From an uncultured bacterium (GTDB lineage: Bacteria > Hydrothermota > Tepidihabitantia > SM23-42): a stretch of DNA of 64,000 nt. Every line of letters begins with the position of its first letter. Position 1 is the first letter of the stretch. Below are positions 9,649 through 19,965 of this stretch, one piece after another. Under the pieces are notes generated by a model. That model was not told where the DNA came from, made no database searches, and saw nothing but the letters and a program-made list of their open reading frames with translations. The stretch is from NCBI GenBank assembly GCA_964419565.1, contig CAYQPW010000001.1, positions 88,754 to 152,753 of the forward strand. The letters run 5' to 3'. The position numbers and the translations under genes are program-made.

Positions 9649-12600
9649 CTACTCTTTTATGATTTTTCCTTTTTCTGGATTATCAGTCGCTTTCTTCTTG
9701 CGTTCGAACAGCGTGTATATCACCGGGATGAACACGAGGGTCAAGAATGTTGAAAGCAATAATCCGCCGATGACTGATCTTGCCATGGGGGCACGCATCT
9801 CACTGCCGGCTCCGATACCGAGCGCCATGGGGATGAGCCCGAAAGTGGTGGTCAGTGCGGTCATGAGGATGGGTCTGAGACGGACTCTTCCCGCCTCGAT
9901 CACTGAATCAAAAAGCGTCATACCTTGATCGCGTCGCAGTTGATTAGTATAGGTAATATAAACGATTGCGTTGTTGACTACGATACCGCCGAGCAAGAGC
10001 ACGCCCATCAGACTTTGCATGTTGATCGTCGTGCCGGTAAAAAAGAGCATCCATACGACACCGATGAGCGCAAGCGGTACCGTAAACATAATAATGAAGG
10101 GTTCTTTGAACGATTCAAACTGCCCGACCATGATCATATAAACAAGAACAAGCGCAAGCAGTATGACGAGGCCTAGATCCCGGAACGTGTTCATCTGTTC
10201 CGCAAAACCGCCACCCATCTCGACGATAAAATCGGCGGGTTTTTGTATATTCGTAACTATTTTCTGGACCTGGGCAGCGACACTTCCCATGTCACGTCCT
10301 TCGACACTACCGGTTATCGTAACGATACGTTTATTATCCTCGTGGTTGATTGAAACAGGTCCTACCGAGATCGTGTCCTTGATGAAATTCTGTAATGGCA
10401 CCTCACCGAGCGGAGTCGTTATCGTCATCGATATTACTTTCTTGAGATCATCGCGGTACTTTTTGTCGATCATCAGTTTAATGTTGTATTCATTCCCCTG
10501 TTCACGGAATTGACTGGCTACCGTGCCTTCCAGACGTGAGCGCAGAACGCTGCCGATCTGATAAGGCGTGAGTCCGAAGTTCGCGGCCTTGAGGCGGTCG
10601 ATGTGCAGCTGGTATTCTGGTTTTCCCTCACCAAAACTAGATTCAATACCAACGAGTCCTTCAACGGTTTGGAGCGTATCCATCAAAAGATTAGATATGT
10701 TCTGTGCTTTTTCGCGGCTGTATCCGAAGATCTTGATTTCAATGGGTGAGCCCCCGCCGAACATGGAGAAATCATCCTGACCGTATGTTACTTTTAATCC
10801 CGGAATGATATTTTCTATCTGAGGTCGCAGGTCACGTTGAATATCGAAGACAGAACGAGCGCGTTTTTCGCGTTGAGGCAGTTCGATCCAGATCTGAGCC
10901 GCATGCGGGCCTGAGGTGGACATGAACAAGCTCATCATACCGCCTGAGCCAGAACCGATCGATGTTGACATGATATCGATCTCCGGTACTTGTTCGGCGA
11001 CGATCTTTTCGAGTTTTTTTACTGCCGAATCAGTGACCCACATATTCGTGCCGACCGGCATTTCGGCATTGATAATGATCTCACCCTGGTCTACATGGGG
11101 AGTCAGTTCAGTGCCGATAAATGGTATCAAACCTCCTAGGCTGACAACGAAGACACCGAGCGTGACAAGTACGACCATCAGTCTGTGGTGCAACGCCCAT
11201 TTAATGATATGTGTATAAACATTTTCGACGCGCACATAGAAATCCGCCAGGCGCTGACCAAATGCCTGTCTTTTCAGCGTTTTAAAGCGCACAGAAAGCA
11301 TCGGGATGATCGTTAATGCCACCAAAAGGGACGAAATGAGTGCAAAGGTAACGGTAAGGGCTAATGGTTTAAAGAAAACCGAGGCCAGACCGCTGACCAA
11401 AAGGAGCGGCAAAAATACCGCGACTGTGGTCAAGGTCGACGCCGTGATCGCCGCCGTTACTTCCTTGGCACCAGCACAAGCAGCTTTTTCAGGCTCTTCA
11501 CCTCTTTCCTTATGACGGAATATGGCCTCGAAGACAACGATCGCTGAATCGAGGACCATGCCTATAGCGATCGTCAAGCCGCCGAGGGAGATGATATTAA
11601 GACTGAGCTTGAAGATATACATGGAGAATAAAGAGAAAAAGACGGTGATCGGGATCGCGACCGCCATATAAAGGGTCGAGCGGAAACTACCAAGGAAAAC
11701 AAATAGGATAATAACCGCAAGTATTGCGCCGAAGATCAGGGTTTCCGCAGTACTGCGCACTGAACGGTTGATAAAGTCTGCCTGGTCAAAAATGATGTCG
11801 ACCTGGACACCGGGTGGCAGGTCTTCTTTTATTTTGTCGAGTTCGTTGACGACCGCGGTCGCGACCGTGACGGTATTGGCGTCAGTACGCTTCTGTACAA
11901 AACCCCATAACGAACGGACACCATTAGTCCGCGAGATAGAGGTCTGTTCTGATGCTAATGAGCGGACCTCGGCGATCTGGGAAAGCAGTATCGGTATGCC
12001 GTTATTATTGCCAACGATGGTATTTCTGATCTCCTCGAGGTTATCGTACTCACCGATCGTTCTTACGATATAGATCTTGCTCTCGGTTTCAATATTACCG
12101 AGTGGATAATTGATGTTCTGAGCCTGGAGTGCATTAGTGACTTGATCCGGGGTTATCCCTGTTCCTTTCAGTTTGAGCGGATCGAGCACGATCTGTATTT
12201 CTTTCATCGCTTCGCTCATAGCATACGACGCGGCAACACCGCCCACACGCTGGAGCCGATCGGCGACATCCTCGGCGACTTCATCGAGTTCAAGCGGGTT
12301 GATATCGCCACCCACAGTATACATGACCACAGGTTGCTGTGAAATATCGAATTTAAAAATAAGCGGGTAATCTGCATCGTCTGGTAAGTACGGGGTTATA
12401 TAACCCAATACATCGCGCACGTCATTTGAGGCCGCATCAATATCTGCTCCCCAATCGAACTGCATGAAGATCAAAGAAAGGTTCTCTGAAGTCGTTGAGG
12501 TCATCTTATCGAGGTTATTGACCGTACCAAGACTTTTTTCAAGCGGGTCAGTTATTTGCGTCTCTATTTCTGCCGGACCAGCACCAGGATAGGTCGTCAT

Positions 12601-12741
12601 TATGAACATCATGGGAAAGGTAACATCGGGGAAAAGGTTGACCGGTAGCTTAGTGACCGAGATCAAGCCGAATAATATGATGGCGAAAAAAACCATTAGT
12701 ACGGTTAGAGGTCTTCTGATCGATATCTCAGTAAGATTCAT
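9649..12741 (-). CDS. RND efflux transporter permease (AcrB/HAE1-like)
   Basis: 1030 aa, 12-TM with two large periplasmic loops. Adjacent to MFP and TolC-like genes. Confidence 0.9.
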   Translation of the reverse strand: MNLTEISIRRPLTVLMVFFAIILFGLISVTKLPVNLFPDVTFPMMFIMTTYPGAGPAEIETQITDPLEKSLGTVNNLDKMTSTTSENLSLIFMQFDWGADIDAASNDVRDVLGYITPYLPDDADYPLIFKFDISQQPVVMYTVGGDINPLELDEVAEDVADRLQRVGGVAASYAMSEAMKEIQIVLDPLKLKGTGITPDQVTNALQAQNINYPLGNIETESKIYIVRTIGEYDNLEEIRNTIVGNNNGIPILLSQIAEVRSLASEQTSISRTNGVRSLWGFVQKRTDANTVTVATAVVNELDKIKEDLPPGVQVDIIFDQADFINRSVRSTAETLIFGAILAVIILFVFLGSFRSTLYMAVAIPITVFFSLFSMYIFKLSLNIISLGGLTIAIGMVLDSAIVVFEAIFRHKERGEEPEKAACAGAKEVTAAITASTLTTVAVFLPLLLVSGLASVFFKPLALTVTFALISSLLVALTIIPMLSVRFKTLKRQAFGQRLADFYVRVENVYTHIIKWALHHRLMVVLVTLGVFVVSLGGLIPFIGTELTPHVDQGEIIINAEMPVGTNMWVTDSAVKKLEKIVAEQVPEIDIMSTSIGSGSGGMMSLFMSTSGPHAAQIWIELPQREKRARSVFDIQRDLRPQIENIIPGLKVTYGQDDFSMFGGGSPIEIKIFGYSREKAQNISNLLMDTLQTVEGLVGIESSFGEGKPEYQLHIDRLKAANFGLTPYQIGSVLRSRLEGTVASQFREQGNEYNIKLMIDKKYRDDLKKVISMTITTPLGEVPLQNFIKDTISVGPVSINHEDNKRIVTITGSVEGRDMGSVAAQVQKIVTNIQKPADFIVEMGGGFAEQMNTFRDLGLVILLALVLVYMIMVGQFESFKEPFIIMFTVPLALIGVVWMLFFTGTTINMQSLMGVLLLGGIVVNNAIVYITYTNQLRRDQGMTLFDSVIEAGRVRLRPILMTALTTTFGLIPMALGIGAGSEMRAPMARSVIGGLLLSTFLTLVFIPVIYTLFERKKKATDNPEKGKIIKE

Positions 12742-13625
12742 TATTCACTCCTTGGAATTGGATTGATTTTTTCCCCACCGGCGAGTCTTTGCTGTCCAAC
12801 GACCACGACCTGCTCACCTTGTGCAATACCATCGAGGATCTCCACAAATTTGTCACCGACCAGACCAACCGTGACATCGCGGCGTTCTGAAGTGCTGTCC
12901 CTGACCACGAATAAATAACTGTCGAGCAAAGCATCACGTGGGATGATCAGTACGTTTTCCCTGGAACCCAAGCTTAATGTTATCCGGGCGGTCATGCCGG
13001 GTTTTAATATCTTTTTTGGATTATTGACGACTGCCTTGGCGCTTATGGTCCGGGTTAACGGATCAATGACCGGGCTTACCTCTGATACTGTACCGTTGAA
13101 TTGATTCCCGGGTGCAGCATCGACCATAACGCGGACTTTGCCGCCTTTGTTTATACAACCCATTGCATTCTCAGACATATTGAAGACAACCTCGACCGTT
13201 GAGAATTCAACGACCATGGCTACTGGTGACTGCGGGGTTACCATTGAACCATTGTCGACCATGATATTAGCGACATTACCACTGATCGGTGCGGTTATGT
13301 AACCCTCTTCATATTCAAAACCTAATGTCTCGTTACGCAAAGCCATAAGCTTGCTGTCTTTATTAACATAAGCGCCTTCTTTTACCAGTACGCGTGTAAT
13401 GCGACCCATTATTTCGGGGAAGACATAGGCAGTTTTGTTTGCCTTTATCGTGCCGATGATCTCACACGTGCTCTGGACATTTCCCAGCCTCACCGGAAAG
13501 GTCTCGACCGGTACTATTTTCTCGGTTTCTTCCTGTGCGGCTGGTTTTTTCGAGACACTGATTCTGACTATGATAGCGATAGCCAAGACAATGACGATTA
13601 ATAAAATAATTAAGAACTTGCGCAT
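12741..13625 (-). CDS. RND efflux periplasmic adaptor (membrane fusion protein, AcrA/HlyD family)
   Basis: 294 aa with an N-terminal TM anchor and barrel-sandwich/lipoyl-like motifs. Start overlaps the pump gene by 1 nt. Confidence 0.8.
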   Translation of the reverse strand: MRKFLIILLIVIVLAIAIIVRISVSKKPAAQEETEKIVPVETFPVRLGNVQSTCEIIGTIKANKTAYVFPEIMGRITRVLVKEGAYVNKDSKLMALRNETLGFEYEEGYITAPISGNVANIMVDNGSMVTPQSPVAMVVEFSTVEVVFNMSENAMGCINKGGKVRVMVDAAPGNQFNGTVSEVSPVIDPLTRTISAKAVVNNPKKILKPGMTARITLSLGSRENVLIIPRDALLDSYLFVVRDSTSERRDVTVGLVGDKFVEILDGIAQGEQVVVVGQQRLAGGEKINPIPRSE

Positions 13626-14897
13626 CTATTCCTCCTTACCGATTGCTTTGTTGATCTCGGCTTTTGCCGTGTAATAGTCTTTCAGTGCCGAGAGATAATT
13701 TGTTCTTGCCTGCATTGTGGCGAGTTGAACGTCCATGAATTCCAGGTTTGTCGCCAGACCATTGCGGTAACGTACATCGATGATCTGGTATGTTTTTTCT
13801 GCTTGAGTAACATTATCCTGTGCTGCGACAATGGACTGCTTTGCAGCCTGGAAATCGTAAAAAGCCTGTTTTACTTCGAGAATAATACCTTTTTCTAAAT
13901 TTTCAAAGGCCAGCTGGGCCCCTCTTGCCTGGAGCGTTGCCTGTCTGTACTGTGCGAGATTTCTAAAACCCGTGAATATGGGGAAGTCAAAACCGATACT
14001 AAAGGTGATATTCGTGCCCCAGTCATCGCCGCCAAGACCAAATGGTCTTGTCCGCGAATAGGTCGCGCCGGCAACGAGCGACGGCAAATTTGCACGGGCT
14101 GCGATCGCTTTACTCAGCTCTGTTATCTGTGAATATTTTTTCAGGTTTTTCAATTCAACGCGGTTTTCAATGGCGGCTGTGGTCAGGTCATCGATAGCGA
14201 ATTCCTCTTCAGCCATTTGTAGTTCACCGGTAAGCTTGAATTCCTGCTGCAGGGGCAGTCCCAGGAGCATTTTGAATCCTTCCCGAGCCAGTTTTAGACC
14301 ATTTTCTGCTTCGATCACTTGTGGTTTCAGATTAGCTACCTGGACCTGGGCGCGGAGTAGCTCGAACTGAGGTACAAGACCGGCCCGGTATCTTGTTTCA
14401 ACGGATTTCGCATGTCTCTCAAGTTGTACCAAACTCTCGCGTGATAGGTTTACCATCTGCTTCAGTATGAGTATGCCGTAGAATGCATCAGTTACTGAAT
14501 ATCGCACTTCCTGTTTTTTTCTTACCAGGTTGAGTTCGGCAATATCCTTACCGATATCAGAAATTTTGTAAGCATTATATATCTTACCCCAGGTAAAAAG
14601 AACTTGCTGAAGAGAAACTTGATAGCTATAGTTTTCATGTTGTCCTACTGGTATGAGCACGCTGTCGAATTCAAAAACCGAAACATCACTCATATATGCA
14701 TAGTAGCCGCTCGCCGAAATGCTGGGATAGAATGCCGACCGTGCTTCATCGACCATCGCTTGAGCAGTTCCGGCATCCAGGGTCGATTGTTCGATCTCCG
14801 GATTGTTCTGCAGCGCATAATCTATTGCCTGATAGAGCGATAATTCTAGTGTATCAGTCGGTGCTGTACCTATAATAAATATCAAAATAAATGCCAT
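13626..14897 (-). CDS. TolC-like outer membrane efflux protein
   Basis: 423 aa with two repeated coiled-coil/beta-strand halves typical of outer membrane factor proteins. Abuts the MFP gene. Confidence 0.8.
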   Translation of the reverse strand: MAFILIFIIGTAPTDTLELSLYQAIDYALQNNPEIEQSTLDAGTAQAMVDEARSAFYPSISASGYYAYMSDVSVFEFDSVLIPVGQHENYSYQVSLQQVLFTWGKIYNAYKISDIGKDIAELNLVRKKQEVRYSVTDAFYGILILKQMVNLSRESLVQLERHAKSVETRYRAGLVPQFELLRAQVQVANLKPQVIEAENGLKLAREGFKMLLGLPLQQEFKLTGELQMAEEEFAIDDLTTAAIENRVELKNLKKYSQITELSKAIAARANLPSLVAGATYSRTRPFGLGGDDWGTNITFSIGFDFPIFTGFRNLAQYRQATLQARGAQLAFENLEKGIILEVKQAFYDFQAAKQSIVAAQDNVTQAEKTYQIIDVRYRNGLATNLEFMDVQLATMQARTNYLSALKDYYTAKAEINKAIGKEE

Positions 14898-14909
14898 GTG
14901 TACCTCCGA

Positions 14910-15500
14910 TCAGGGTATAAAGATCTTGAGTCCGACACCGTGTTCCCAGATCTTTTCATCCTTATCAAAATACCCGTATTTTTCAGGTTCGCTACTCGCA
15001 ATATAGTTGAAGCGCGTTGCATATTCAAGAGCGATATATCTTACCGGTCTAAGCTGCAGTGTTAAACCGCCGACAAAACCGGCGTCCTTTTCAGACATTT
15101 CTGTATTATCAGGCAGGACAACGACTGAACCGTTGTCCAGAGCGTGCCATAAGTATAGTCCAAAGCCTGTTTCAAGGGTGAATTTGAACCAGGTGGATTC
15201 TATGAAGGGCAAAAGATCAAAACTCGTACACAGCGTGAGCGGAACGAATTCATATTCATAAGTTTCTGTACCAGAAACTGCGGGATAAGTTACCATATTA
15301 CCTCTGAATTTCAAACCTATACGGGGTATAAAATTCCTTATCTCAAGCTCGCCGCCAAAGCCCCATTCACCTCTTGGATCGAGGTCATCTTGATACAGAT
15401 AATTATAAGCATAGTGGGGGCTAAAGGAAAGCACGATGCCATTGTTTCCATTAGCTGTTGCGATAAATAGGGGCAAAGTCAGTAAGATTATATTCAGCAT
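14910..15500 (-). CDS. small outer-membrane beta-barrel protein (hypothetical), efflux-operon member
   Basis: Signal peptide MLNIILLTLPLFIATANG, alternating aromatic/hydrophobic strands, C-terminal ...GLKIFIP. 2-nt gap to tetR. Confidence 0.5.
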   Translation of the reverse strand: MLNIILLTLPLFIATANGNNGIVLSFSPHYAYNYLYQDDLDPRGEWGFGGELEIRNFIPRIGLKFRGNMVTYPAVSGTETYEYEFVPLTLCTSFDLLPFIESTWFKFTLETGFGLYLWHALDNGSVVVLPDNTEMSEKDAGFVGGLTLQLRPVRYIALEYATRFNYIASSEPEKYGYFDKDEKIWEHGVGLKIFIP

Positions 15501-15501
15501 A

Positions 15502-16092
15502 CTACCTCCTTTTCTTCAAACCATTAAAAAACAGTCCAAGTATTTCACTTTTGTCTATTTGTTTCTCGGATACGATATAATTAACAAAAAATCCAGTGCG
15601 TATCGTGTTGAGATAATGAAGGGCTGCTACGTGCGGCTCGATTTTTCTGAATTCCTTTTTTATAATACCCTGTTCAATGATCCGCGCGATAATATCGATC
15701 ATTTCCTTTAAACGAACATACATTATTGGTTTTACCGCCTTCATTATCTTACTCGAGAGATTTATGTTCTCAATGGAGAACATAAAAAATGAGCTCTTCA
15801 GTCTGATCATTACGTCGATCCACTCATCCGCTATTTTTTTCAGTTTTTTTGTGGACGACATCGATTCTTTCTCAACCTTATGCAAATATTCAATACCCAC
15901 CTTGAAATGCTCTTCAATGACATCGATATATAGAGAATCTTTGTCTTTAAAATAAAGGTATAGAGTGCCTTTTGCAAGACCTGCGGCCTGGGCGATATCA
16001 TCGACAGTTGTTTTGAAAAAACCCTCCTTGGCAAATATCTTCAATGCGCAGTTTATGATTTTTGCTCTTGTATCCTGTTCTTTTGTTTTCAT
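15502..16092 (-). CDS. TetR/AcrR family transcriptional repressor
   Basis: N-terminal HTH ...ALKIFAKEGFFKTTVDDIAQAAGLAKGTLYLYFKDK... First gene of the efflux operon. Confidence 0.85.
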   Translation of the reverse strand: MKTKEQDTRAKIINCALKIFAKEGFFKTTVDDIAQAAGLAKGTLYLYFKDKDSLYIDVIEEHFKVGIEYLHKVEKESMSSTKKLKKIADEWIDVMIRLKSSFFMFSIENINLSSKIMKAVKPIMYVRLKEMIDIIARIIEQGIIKKEFRKIEPHVAALHYLNTIRTGFFVNYIVSEKQIDKSEILGLFFNGLKKRR

Positions 16093-16124
16093 ATCAGTTT
16101 AGATTCCTTATTCTTTAAAAGGTT

Positions 16125-16152
16125 TATAATGACTGACCAGTCAGTCATTATA
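16125..16152. promoter_or_regulatory. candidate TetR operator: perfect 13+13 bp inverted repeat, 2-bp spacer
   Basis: tATAATGACTGAC-ca-GTCAGTCATTATa, 33-60 nt upstream of the tetR start in the divergent tetR/TPR-protein intergenic region. Confidence 0.55.
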
Positions 16153-16376
16153 TCGGAATATGGGGGTTTGTCAAGGGGGAAATGATCATCAGGGAAAAGC
16201 GGGTTTAATCCCATCTTGTCCTGTGCGCGAACGATTAATATTGAGCATAGTTGGCATTCTGTCGAAAATCAAGGCATAACCCGGCACGGGTAATCGGCTT
16301 GACATTGCCCGAAGCGACGCTATAATTGATTTTAGATAATTGCGCACTGACCGAATCATTAACCAAGGAGGTTTGC

Positions 16377-18032
16377 TTGAAGAAAATTCTTCGATATGGA
16401 TTTGTTTTTTTGATAAGCGGTTTCTTTTGTTTTAGTTTTGGAAAGTCGGTTGATGAGTATATGGTAGAAGCACAAGGATATTTGGACAAAAATAATATAG
16501 AACAGGCGATCGCGACAATGGAGCAGGCGGTCAAGGAGTACCCTGACAGTTCTGTCGTTTACACTTATCTGGGCGTATTCTACAGTGAAAGAGCGCAGGG
16601 GATGTCGGATTTCTCGGTGATATTCGAAGTGCTGGAAAAAACTTTTGCGATGTGGGATAAGGCCATAGAACTCGATCCGAATAATTTCGAAGCTCTTTTC
16701 TACCGCGGCGCGTGGGGTGTCTCGATCCCGAAGTTCGCGGGACGGACTCAAAACGGGGTCGAGGATCTTGAGACCGTTGTCGTGGTTTTTGAAAAATCGG
16801 GTGATCCTTCTTTGCAGGAATATCTGGTCCAGGCATACCACTATCTTGGAACGGGTTATCAAAAACTGATGGAGCTGGAAAAGGCAAAGACGTATTATAA
16901 TAAGGTGATTAAGGCCGCACCGGGTACTGACCTGGCCGAACAGGCACAGGGAAACATATCGAGAATAGCTGATTTTGAAAAATGGCAAGCAGAACACGAT
17001 ATTCAAGCCAGGGTCGATAACCCTCAGATCACTCAACTCGAGCAAGAACTCGCTCAAGATCCTGATGATACCGGATTAATATTATCCCTGGGACAGCAAT
17101 ACCTGGACACTGACCGATACCAGGATGCCGTAGGTTTACTGCAGAGAGCTATAATGGTGGATTCAATGAATGTCGATATTTATAAATTGCTCGCCATGGC
17201 TCTACAAAATTATGCCGGCGAAGAATACAATGCAAGGATATCGCTCGATACTGATTTCCGAACGGACCTGGCTTTTGGGTTGATGGCGATTCTCGATAGA
17301 GCAGTGGCGGTAGCTCCTGATGATATCGAGCTGAGGTTCTGGCGTGGTGTTGCCGGTGTGCAGATGCCGTTTTTTGTGGGCAAGCTGGATCAGTCCATCG
17401 ATGAGCTGAATCTGGTCGTGCAAAGTGATTTGCCTGATGAAGATAAGGCTCAGGCCTTGTATTGGCTTGGACTAGCCTATCAGAAAAAAGCCATGACGCA
17501 TTGGATAAAAGTGGTGACCGAGTATCCTGATCTTGAAGCAGCCCAGATGGTTTTCGATGAAATCACTCCCCGGATCGACCGTCTCGATCTTGCTGCACAA
17601 AAAAAACCATACGTGACGATCGATTTCATTATCGGCTTTCGCGATGAGCTTGCTCCGCAGACCGCAGTATGGGTCGAAGAAAAAAACGGCAAATTCATCA
17701 AAACAATATACGTATCCGGGTTTAGCGGTTATGCCAGGGGTAAGCAGGTGAACTTACCGATGTGGTCGCATTCCTCAGAATATAAAGACGTCGATGGCGT
17801 TACCGCAGCAAGCATCGATCTTGGTCATCATGTGTATGTCTGGGACCTGAAGGATTTCTCCGGCAACAAAGTGAAGTCAGGTGAATATGCGGTCGTCGTC
17901 GAAGTTGCTTTCTGGCCGAGTATGCAGTACCAGAGAGTTTCAGCAGTGGTCGAGATCGGGAAGAAAGGCAAGAAAGTGATTACTGAACAAGGAAACCTCA
18001 TCCCTTACCTTGAAATTAACTATACGAAGTAG
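16377..18032 (+). CDS. secreted TPR-repeat protein with C-terminal ~150-aa beta-rich domain of unknown function
   Basis: Preferred start is the TTG at 16377: AAGGAGG sits 6 nt upstream and it is in frame with the track ORF at 16326. Signal/TM FVFLISGFFCFSFG. Multiple TPR-like helices. C-terminal domain ...YVTIDFIIGF...YVWDLKDFSGNKV... Confidence 0.65.
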   Translation: MKKILRYGFVFLISGFFCFSFGKSVDEYMVEAQGYLDKNNIEQAIATMEQAVKEYPDSSVVYTYLGVFYSERAQGMSDFSVIFEVLEKTFAMWDKAIELDPNNFEALFYRGAWGVSIPKFAGRTQNGVEDLETVVVVFEKSGDPSLQEYLVQAYHYLGTGYQKLMELEKAKTYYNKVIKAAPGTDLAEQAQGNISRIADFEKWQAEHDIQARVDNPQITQLEQELAQDPDDTGLILSLGQQYLDTDRYQDAVGLLQRAIMVDSMNVDIYKLLAMALQNYAGEEYNARISLDTDFRTDLAFGLMAILDRAVAVAPDDIELRFWRGVAGVQMPFFVGKLDQSIDELNLVVQSDLPDEDKAQALYWLGLAYQKKAMTHWIKVVTEYPDLEAAQMVFDEITPRIDRLDLAAQKKPYVTIDFIIGFRDELAPQTAVWVEEKNGKFIKTIYVSGFSGYARGKQVNLPMWSHSSEYKDVDGVTAASIDLGHHVYVWDLKDFSGNKVKSGEYAVVVEVAFWPSMQYQRVSAVVEIGKKGKKVITEQGNLIPYLEINYTK

Positions 18033-18037
18033 CTACG

Positions 18038-19789
18038 ATGATATTGATTAGCCTGATTCTTTTGCTCCATTCTGAAGGGGCACTTTCACGCGTGAAGATA
18101 TATTATCATGACCATAGCCAGTTAATAAAAATCGTGCAAACACCAGAGCTTTCCGTACTCAGGCATCGGGCTGGCGAGTATCTTGAAGTTGTCATAGAGC
18201 CTGATGATATAGCCGTGCTCGATGCTTTGGGCCTGGAATATGATATTGTATTGGATGACATCGCCCGACATCACGAGCAGGTACGCAGTGATAAGAGGGG
18301 CGGTGTATTCGGGAATTACTATCTATATAACGAGGTGCTTCAGGAAATACTCCAGTTACAAGGACAGTATCCAGGTTTGCTCAAAGTCGATTCATTGGCG
18401 ATCCGCTCTATTGAAAACCGCGCGCTTTACACGGTCAAGGTATCGAACAGCCCCGGCGTAAATAATGGCAAACCCGAAGTCCTTTTTTCCGGTGCGATTC
18501 ATGCATATGAACCGATCGGCGTATCAGTATGCATGAACGACATGACTCATCTCTGCGAGAATTATGGATCAGATCCGGAAATTCAGTGGCTCGTAGATAA
18601 CCGGCAGATCTTTTTTATCCCGGTCATGAATCCTGACGGCTATGTGTATAATGAAACTTATCCATCGATGATGTGGCGTAAGAACCGAAGATATAACTCG
18701 GGTGGTTCTTACGGTGTCGACCTCAACCGCAATTACCCATACAAGTGGGGGTATGATAATGTCGGTTCCAGTCCAACCCAGTCTGCCTGGAATTATCGCG
18801 GCACTGAACCAGCTTCAGAACCGGAAACCCAGGCGGTAATCGATTTTGTAAATGCACATAGCTTTCGAACCTGGCATAACCACCATTCGCCAGGTGATGT
18901 ATTGCTTATTCCTTTCTCATACATGAATAGTTATCCCTGGGATGATACACTCGAATACTATACGATATGCCGCGAAGAAAGTCTGCTCTATGGCTTCGTG
19001 GACTGGGGTAATTCAACGCAGGCCTATGGCTACCCGTGCAATGGCGAGTTAGGCGATTGGGCATGGTGTGATTCTGCGACGTATATGATATTTGGACTCG
19101 TTCCCGAGCTTGGTCCTGATTACTGGGGTGGATTGAACGATTCCTCTGAAATAATCGGCATCTGTCAAGATATGCTCCAGGCCGAGATATACCTTATGGA
19201 AGTGAGCGGTTTTTTCCCGGTATTTTCCGCTTTTACAGTCATCGATACCTTTGCAAATGCCAATAATGATGGTGTGCTCAATCCCGGTGAGACTGCCAGT
19301 CTCCATATTGTATTACAGAATAAAGCAGTAGTGGATACGGCTTCTGGTTTATGTGGTTATCTCAGGACAACCAACGGGCAAATCAATATTATGGACTCGA
19401 TCGGCAATTATGGTGATGTGATAAGACTCGCCCAGGCTTCAAATATCGCTGATCCTTATGGTGTCGCCTGCAGTAGTGGAGCCACGCCCTATGAATGGGT
19501 GTATTTTTCTTTGGGCCTTATCTGGGATCAAGGTGCATATGAAAAAACCCTGATCTGCTCATTGCAGGTCGGTCCACAAACCGGGATCACCGAGTACGTT
19601 GAAAGGGTACCAGCACGAGTATCGGTCTGGCCAACGATAATCAACGGCTTGATGCGCCTACCCAAAGATTTACCATATAAAATTTTCGATATCACTGGAT
19701 GCGAAGTAGCCGATCAACACCTTGCCCCGGGGATTTACTTTGTTGAAATCGACGGCACAATTGCGGGGAAGATAGTCAAGATTAGGTAG
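18038..19789 (+). CDS. M14-family zinc carboxypeptidase with T9SS C-terminal sorting domain
   Basis: HxxE zinc motif in ...FSGAIHAYEPIG..., ...VDLNRNYPYKWG... C-terminus ...GIYFVEIDGTIAGKIVKIR. Confidence 0.8.
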   Translation: MILISLILLLHSEGALSRVKIYYHDHSQLIKIVQTPELSVLRHRAGEYLEVVIEPDDIAVLDALGLEYDIVLDDIARHHEQVRSDKRGGVFGNYYLYNEVLQEILQLQGQYPGLLKVDSLAIRSIENRALYTVKVSNSPGVNNGKPEVLFSGAIHAYEPIGVSVCMNDMTHLCENYGSDPEIQWLVDNRQIFFIPVMNPDGYVYNETYPSMMWRKNRRYNSGGSYGVDLNRNYPYKWGYDNVGSSPTQSAWNYRGTEPASEPETQAVIDFVNAHSFRTWHNHHSPGDVLLIPFSYMNSYPWDDTLEYYTICREESLLYGFVDWGNSTQAYGYPCNGELGDWAWCDSATYMIFGLVPELGPDYWGGLNDSSEIIGICQDMLQAEIYLMEVSGFFPVFSAFTVIDTFANANNDGVLNPGETASLHIVLQNKAVVDTASGLCGYLRTTNGQINIMDSIGNYGDVIRLAQASNIADPYGVACSSGATPYEWVYFSLGLIWDQGAYEKTLICSLQVGPQTGITEYVERVPARVSVWPTIINGLMRLPKDLPYKIFDITGCEVADQHLAPGIYFVEIDGTIAGKIVKIR

Positions 19790-19838
19790 GGACCAGACAG
19801 TAGGAACTGAGAACTAGGCACCAGGAAGAAAGAGAGTA
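19769..19838 (+). repeat. 70-nt block identical to 22561-22630 (last 7 codons KIVKIR* of a T9SS cargo gene plus 49 nt downstream)
   Basis: Exact match by eye: aagatagtcaagattaggtagggaccagacagtaggaactgagaactaggcaccaggaagaaagagagta. Confidence 0.85.
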
Positions 19839-19965
19839 AAGAGAAAGGGAATACACTGCGTTGAAGTTACATTTCATTGAAGTCACATCCGCCACACAGC
19901 ATGGCGGATTGCAGACACGCTCCGCTGAAGTTACAAAATAAACTAGAATAATCTGATATCCTGAT
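19790..19965 (+). repeat. mosaic intergenic repeat element, copy 1 (related to 22582-22640, 30800-30990(-), 42655-42975, 43890-44060)
   Basis: Shares ...agagaaagggaatacac..., the hairpin atccgccac-N-atggcgg and tgaag(a/t)(c/t)aca sub-repeats with 42665-42760. Boundaries approximate. Confidence 0.6.

Noticed and set aside
9584-9928. 114-aa plus-strand ORF downstream of hsp20
   Set aside because: It starts inside the terminator hairpin and runs antisense through the 3' end of the RND pump gene.
16359-17057. 232-aa and 118-aa minus-strand ORFs overlapping the TPR gene, and the 99-aa ORF at 16235-16534
   Set aside because: They overlap a well-supported plus-strand gene, or lie in the tetR/TPR divergent promoter region that contains the operator palindrome. 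No RBS.
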